Below the pieces are notes generated by a model. The model was not told the DNA's origin, searched no databases, and was given only the letters and a program-made list of their open reading frames with translations. The position numbers and the translations under genes were made by a program. A stretch of DNA of 64,000 bases from Psilocybe cubensis (taxonomy: Eukaryota): contig CM038998.1 of NCBI GenBank assembly GCA_017499595.2, positions 4,402,001 to 4,466,000 of the forward strand, in the 5' to 3' direction. Positions 58,562 to 64,000 of the stretch are shown here, in pieces (position 1 is the stretch's first letter; each line of letters begins with the position of its first letter).

Positions 58562-60627
58562 GAGGACGTATCTGTGAAAGATTACTTCCAGGGTTAACCT
58601 TTATGTAGCCGAAGTGCTGGATCTCAGTTTTTTTGAACCATCAAACCGCCGGCTTCTGCCGTATCTAATTATATTTCTTCGGTGAGAGTCTTGGCAATGC
58701 CCACGGTCCGTCAACGTGTCCAGAGGACTTGACAGAGAATCACTGTGTTTATGTACACCAAGGTCATAAAGAAGTACCGTGTACAGAAACCATGTATACA
58801 TACAATTGAATAAGTAAGGCACGTAACGATCGATGCAAAACCTGTGCAGCTACTAATAATCTCTGTATATATTGTCATGGGCGCCAAACTTCAATAACTA
58901 CAGCTGCTTCATGGTATGTCCTCAAGTATAAATCCATAACATAAAAGAGACTAGATTGAAAGGAGACAGGCCGGCGGAGTAGCTCGTGAATTGTTCTCAT
59001 TGCCACGGTGACATCAGCTTCTCCCTCTCTATGACATTCTTTTCACAGAGGGCATCAGCGAACAGCGCTGGAAAACTAGATCAAGCGAGCAGACTTCAGA
59101 GAAGATGTACGTTATTGCTCAAAGTAAAGCCTTATCAATGCCAGGACTGCGGTCTTCGATTCGTCCTGCGAACAAATTAACGATGTCCATAACTCTTATC
59201 AGGAAACCAGATCGTCGGTTCCTAAACCAGGACAGCAAGAGGCCTAAGGTTCCCAAATGTGACATTGAGCTTTAAATCATGTTTGAAGAGACCTGATATA
59301 CACAATGTCAAGTGCTACGAAGATTCGGGTTTTTACATCGGGTAGAAGTCTGGTGACTCCGTGGTAGGTTGTCATTATGCACATAGCTACGTGACTACGC
59401 AGATATCTGATACATTAACAGTATCCACAGTCGTTGGACACTTACACAACTAAAGAGAAACGAGGGACCGATAGGTCATTCTAATAGGTTGAATCCCTAA
59501 TGAGTTTCTCAGATTTAGGAATGAGAAACATTTTGCTCAGATCGGTAAGCTTTGATTTCTTCCTAAAAATAATGATGCATGGAGGTAATATCTAGTAGTA
59601 TCTAGCAGTATCCAGTTCTCTATAGCAGTTTTTGTACTTGAACTAAGCCATAGGAAGATCTCCGCTAATACTGTGTAGCACTATATAGCGCCTATAGCGG
59701 CATTCTATAGCAAAAACAAGTTCGGGAACTGAGCCCACCTTAATGCGAGTTTTATTTGGAACAATAGTCTCAGTAGATATCAAACATGGGAAGATATATT
59801 CTTCTGTCTTACTGTATCACGACCGACTCAAGTGGCATGTACATCAAGTTGAATTTGTCCCATATGTGGGCGGTTTCTGCTCAATCTTCAGTAACAATTA
59901 GTGACTATCTTTTCGGAACCCACTGGCATGCAACCATATGTTTCTAGTGTTTTGTTAAAATAAGCTGCTTAACAAAAGACATGAGAACATTTTAATTGAG
60001 AGCGAATTGGCAAGAACGCTACCAGTACTGAGCCTTGAACTTGACCAAGCCTGAGCGATCGTCGGAAGGGCATGAGCCAAGTCTCAGGCTAGTTCCGATA
60101 ACTTGAGTCGGAGTTTAAATTTGGTTTGACGGTGTTTTCATTCCCTGTCATTATCATCAAGTTGATTGCGAACTTCATCGCGCTCTTTCATACCGGTTCA
60201 TCGGGAAAACCGCAACAAGTGTGCCTTACGATCCATTGACAATGCAAGGGATAAAATGCGTAAAATACACGGGTAAATAGGTCTTACATTAGATTGGTAA
60301 TGGACTACATTAGGTTCACATAAAAAGCATGGATTGTAATAAAAACATGTGCGAGAACAATCATAATTTACCAATCATGGAGGAAAATAAAATACAAAAA
60401 CAGACTCTCACCCCCTCTTATTGCCTTCCACTGCCTTCCAACATTATACAAAGTTTTTTATTCACTAGAAGCCAGTGGAAGATTGCCTATTTATGGTTCA
60501 AGAATGGGATACGATGGTTGGTGGACGGTGGTATCCTATATAACCGGCCTGTGATTTTTGAATCAGGCATCACACCATTGGTTAGAAATAGAAAACGTGG
60601 TAGTGACATTCAAAACCATTTACACAG

Positions 60628-60681
60628 CACGTAACGACAGTCATAGTAATAGGAGCCACGTAACGACAGTGATAGTAACAG
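60628..60681. repeat. Short imperfect tandem repeat, 2 x ~29 bp
   Basis: cacgtaacgacagtcatagtaa and cacgtaacgacagtgatagtaa. Confidence 0.6.
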
Positions 60682-60868
60682 AAATGTATAATAAAAATGA
60701 CGAGCAGTAAACGAAGCTTTGAAAGGGAGCAAAGAGTATGGATTACCGTAGGCAAGCAAATACATTTGAACGAAACTTGACCGTAACCGAATAAACATAA
60801 CCCGGATATAATGGCCTTGGATCTGGGAATGAGTCAAAGAGCTGTTAGTATGAGAAATTAGGGGAGAA

Positions 60869-63286
60869 TCATAAGGAGTGAGCAGACCAGCCACTGCCGC
60901 GGTTATAATATGATTCACTAAATACCAGTGCACGAGAGGGGGACGACTGGGTGCCACCTGCAGACCTCGCTTTTTGGGTTGGCCGTCCACTATTTTCTGA
61001 CTCGTTATCCGATACAGCAGGTTGTGGTCGCTTTCCAAGCACTTTGGCTGACGAGCGAGAGCTTGAATGGTGCTGGATGGCTGGTGGACTTGTAAACTCC
61101 GAACCGGCCTCGCGAAGGGTTTGAGAAGACAGGTGCGGTACATCCCTTTCAGGAGTATACCCATTGTCATCCAATTTGCGAGCTGGACTATGCGAGTAAG
61201 ACCGGCGACGAGAACGCGATTGTTGATACAAGCGAGTTGTTTCATGCAAGGGAGATGAATAACGATGGTTGGGAGAGTGAGCCTGGTGATAATGCGTGCG
61301 GGGTTGACGAGAGTGAGACCTTCGGCGAGATGGGGACCGCCTGAGAGATGGTGAGTGGTTGCGAACCTTACGATCTAAACGGTGCTGAGATGAAGGTGTT
61401 TGCTGTGGTGGTCGAGATCGATGGCGACGAGGGGACCGACCACGAGGAGATTGAAGATATTGGCGGGGGGACCGACCACGGGATGGAACATCATGACGAC
61501 GGGGAGATTGTGATCGATTATGTTGACGTGGTACAGGTACAGCTTGTAAAGAATGGTGGGATGGGGGTATGGGTACGCAGGTTAGGTTACAATCTACGTT
61601 CTATCTTTTCAATGACTTACCAACCCGTCCAGACTCCGTGATTGGTGCGCCACCCTTTCCTTGACTAGATCCTCCTTTTTCCTTTCCCCCAACTGCAGCA
61701 GTGGCAGCCATAGTCATAGATTTGCGTGCCTTCCGAGCTCGTCGTTGTTCGGCAATTGTATCGTAAGTTGAAGGGCCATCCAGATTTTCTTCGGACTTTG
61801 CTGAGCGAGGGTCCTTGTTCAGGACCTTTCTGTAAAGAAAATAAGATATATTCAATGTTATACAGCATGAGATATAAACAACTTACGCATTCCACCACTC
61901 TATGGTGTCTGTTGACCAATCCGAGTCCCCGTCGTCTTCCTTGTCTGGTTCAAAAAGTGAAATTATATAATTGTAAAAGCCCTGACGATCGAAAACATTG
62001 TCTTCGATACGCCAGTCTTCAATGCCGGAGATTGAATAGCGAATCTGTACAATAATGAGAAAAACATTCTGATTAAGGAATTAAACTGCTTACGAGTAGA
62101 CAGGCATATGCTATAGAGGCAGGGGTGACGGTTTTCATGTGGTGTAATTTGGCTTGAGAGCTTCGAGTTTTTGTTTGACCAGGCTTATCTTTAAGGGCCG
62201 ACGATGGGGAGGTAAAAATATGTTTCCAAACCTAATAACACTGTTAGAATCGAACCTCTAATGAAAGAAAGACGTACCATTACTAGAAGCCGCGTTCGAA
62301 ACATGTCCGAGTCCCAGTCCTCAGGGTCAAACTTACCTGGCTCCCACAAAAATGTTGGCAGGTCCTTAGCAAGCACATGCACTACATCTTCGTCGAGCTT
62401 TCGCATAAATCTGAAAGTAAGAAGGCATATATATGGTTAGAATCATTTCGGTATAGCATAATACGCTTACTCGTCTGGATTAGCATCAAAATCCTCAAGA
62501 TACTTCATCGGACAGAGAAGACGGGCAAGAACCTTGTTCTTGAACCCGCGCGATTCGGATTTGGTTGCTGTTGCACTGATTTCCACTTTATTTGTTGGCG
62601 AACACTCGTTAATATACGTAATTATTGCGCTTTGAAGTGTTGATATATCCTCGGACCTGGCTGCCCCTGATGCAGCAATCATCTGGAAAATCAAAAGTAA
62701 GAAGTATACATTAGACAGTTGAACCACGTATACATAGAACATACTTACTGCCTTTGCTAGATCATCCTTTCGTTCGACATTTCGAGGCGACACAAAGTAG
62801 GATAAGTCAGACTCAAAGCATTTGATATGAGTGATCATGTCACTGAACACGTCGAGTTCTTTTTGATACTGGTTTTCGAACCTATGAAGGTTATATGAAT
62901 AGATATATGCGCATATATTAACTTCTGGAACTCACGTTTTCATGTCGGTACCCTCATACATGTCCATGTAATATGCAATACCTCGGTCCAAAACCTCGTA
63001 CCAATTCTCAAACAGGTTTTTACTTCGAGTATGCCACCGAGCAAAGGAGGTATAAGGCCTAAGAATTGCCCTAGACAGTACATGAGGATTGGAAAAAAAT
63101 AAGGGTAAAAAATACTTGCGCTGATTGCTTCGTTTTGCCTTGACCATCAAGGGCTTTATTAAGGGCCTTGACACGTTCCGGATCCAATTGAGGGTTATTC
63201 TTGTCATTTTCAGTCTCGGATTCTCCTTCTTCACTGTGGGTCGAATTAGGAAGGGGAGGATTGCGTGAAGAAGTAGTAGGAGCCAT
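60869..63286 (-). CDS. Hypothetical agaricomycete protein (DUF6698-like) with an Arg/Ser/Pro-rich C-terminal tail, probably transposon-associated
   Basis: Exons read KSESRGFKNKVLARLLCP, LPTFLWEPGKFDPEDWDSDMFR, WKHIFTSPSSA, HMKTVTPASIAYAC and IEWWN. A downstream exon has repeated RSPR/SPRR; its link to the upstream exons is inferred. Confidence 0.6.
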
Positions 63287-63495
63287 GATGGGAGTGAGAG
63301 AAAAAGAAGGCAAGTAATAACCATGCAGGTAAACACGGTGCTTAGTAGACTCACGTGACTTCTGCTATTGCGCGACACCCACGTCCCACAGTGACAATCC
63401 GGCCCTTTACCCTACCGCTCTACTACGCAATCCATGCTCCTCTATCTAACAATTCAATGAGACTGATATATCTATTTCTTCTGGGACTACTTGCC

Positions 63496-64000
63496 ATGGT
63501 ATTTACCTGTAGTGGATGCGCTGCCCCTCCCTTCAAAAATCTGCAAGCTCTGACTGTTCATCGGAGGAACTGCAAAGGAGCAGCAAGAAATTCACAACAA
63601 ATAATAGAAAGCTCATCAAAAGCTTTATCTCGAAGGAATAAGCGTCAGCGTCTTTCAAATGACCAAGAAGATACGCTGGATTTATCGGTATCTTTATTCT
63701 ATATCATTTTCTTTTTACAATACAATTATACACACTGTTTACAGCACGATACGGAGCCAACGGCGGCCATTAATACCAATCGTAATGATACAGAGCTGGA
63801 TGCTGGCGAAGCTGTGAACCATCCGGCTTCTCCTACATTACCAACATTTGTTCCAGTACCTACTCGGAGTGGCCGTGAACGTAAATTCCCCAAGCATTAT
63901 ACCGATATGCTGCCAAATTCCTCGACATACTTGCCACATCTTCCTCCGGCTCCTCCTCGGCCAAAAAAAGAGCCTTCTAGACGAAACAAAAAGCCAGAAT
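63496..64000 (+). mobile_element. 5' end of a probable Plavaka-type transposase-associated gene (runs off window end)
   Basis: MVFTCSGCAAPPFKNLQALTVHRRNCK (C2HC zinc finger), an intron near 63688-63743, then PTRSGRERKFPKHYTDMLP. Divergent from the DUF6698-like gene. No catalytic domain is visible in the window. Confidence 0.45.

Noticed and set aside
1..64000. CRISPR arrays, rRNA or tRNA genes, LTR retroelements
   Set aside because: No repeat-spacer periodicity, rRNA-like sequence, cloverleaf or RT/integrase motif was seen. Intron-containing tRNAs could be missed by eye.

Overview
Intron-rich eukaryotic DNA from an agaricomycete (mushroom-forming basidiomycete): short ~50-60 nt introns and an N-terminal-only dynein heavy chain gene. 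Conserved genes (ChaC, TRM2, BCAT, dhc1, dienelactone hydrolase, a family-16 methyltransferase, GCN2, a P450, CHK1, a CNNM/MAM3-like gene) flank a ~17 kb accessory block at 17.6-34.5 kb. That block holds six intact, intronless F-box paralogs and one pseudogene, arranged as two converging arms; an eighth, intron-containing copy lies at 55.2 kb. Their C-terminal domain resembles the SMI1/KNR4 (SUKH) fold, which serves as an immunity domain in bacterial polymorphic toxin systems. Tail-to-tail with copy 4 is a gene with a CAE...CxxC zinc-deaminase signature, and decayed 3' remnants of that same gene lie tail-to-tail with copies 2 and 3. My main hypothesis, which is inference and untested, is a fungal toxin (deaminase) / antidote (F-box-SUKH) array with orphaned antidotes. 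The right end probably enters a Plavaka-type transposon. All calls were made by eye; exon boundaries and family assignments were not verified by any database search.
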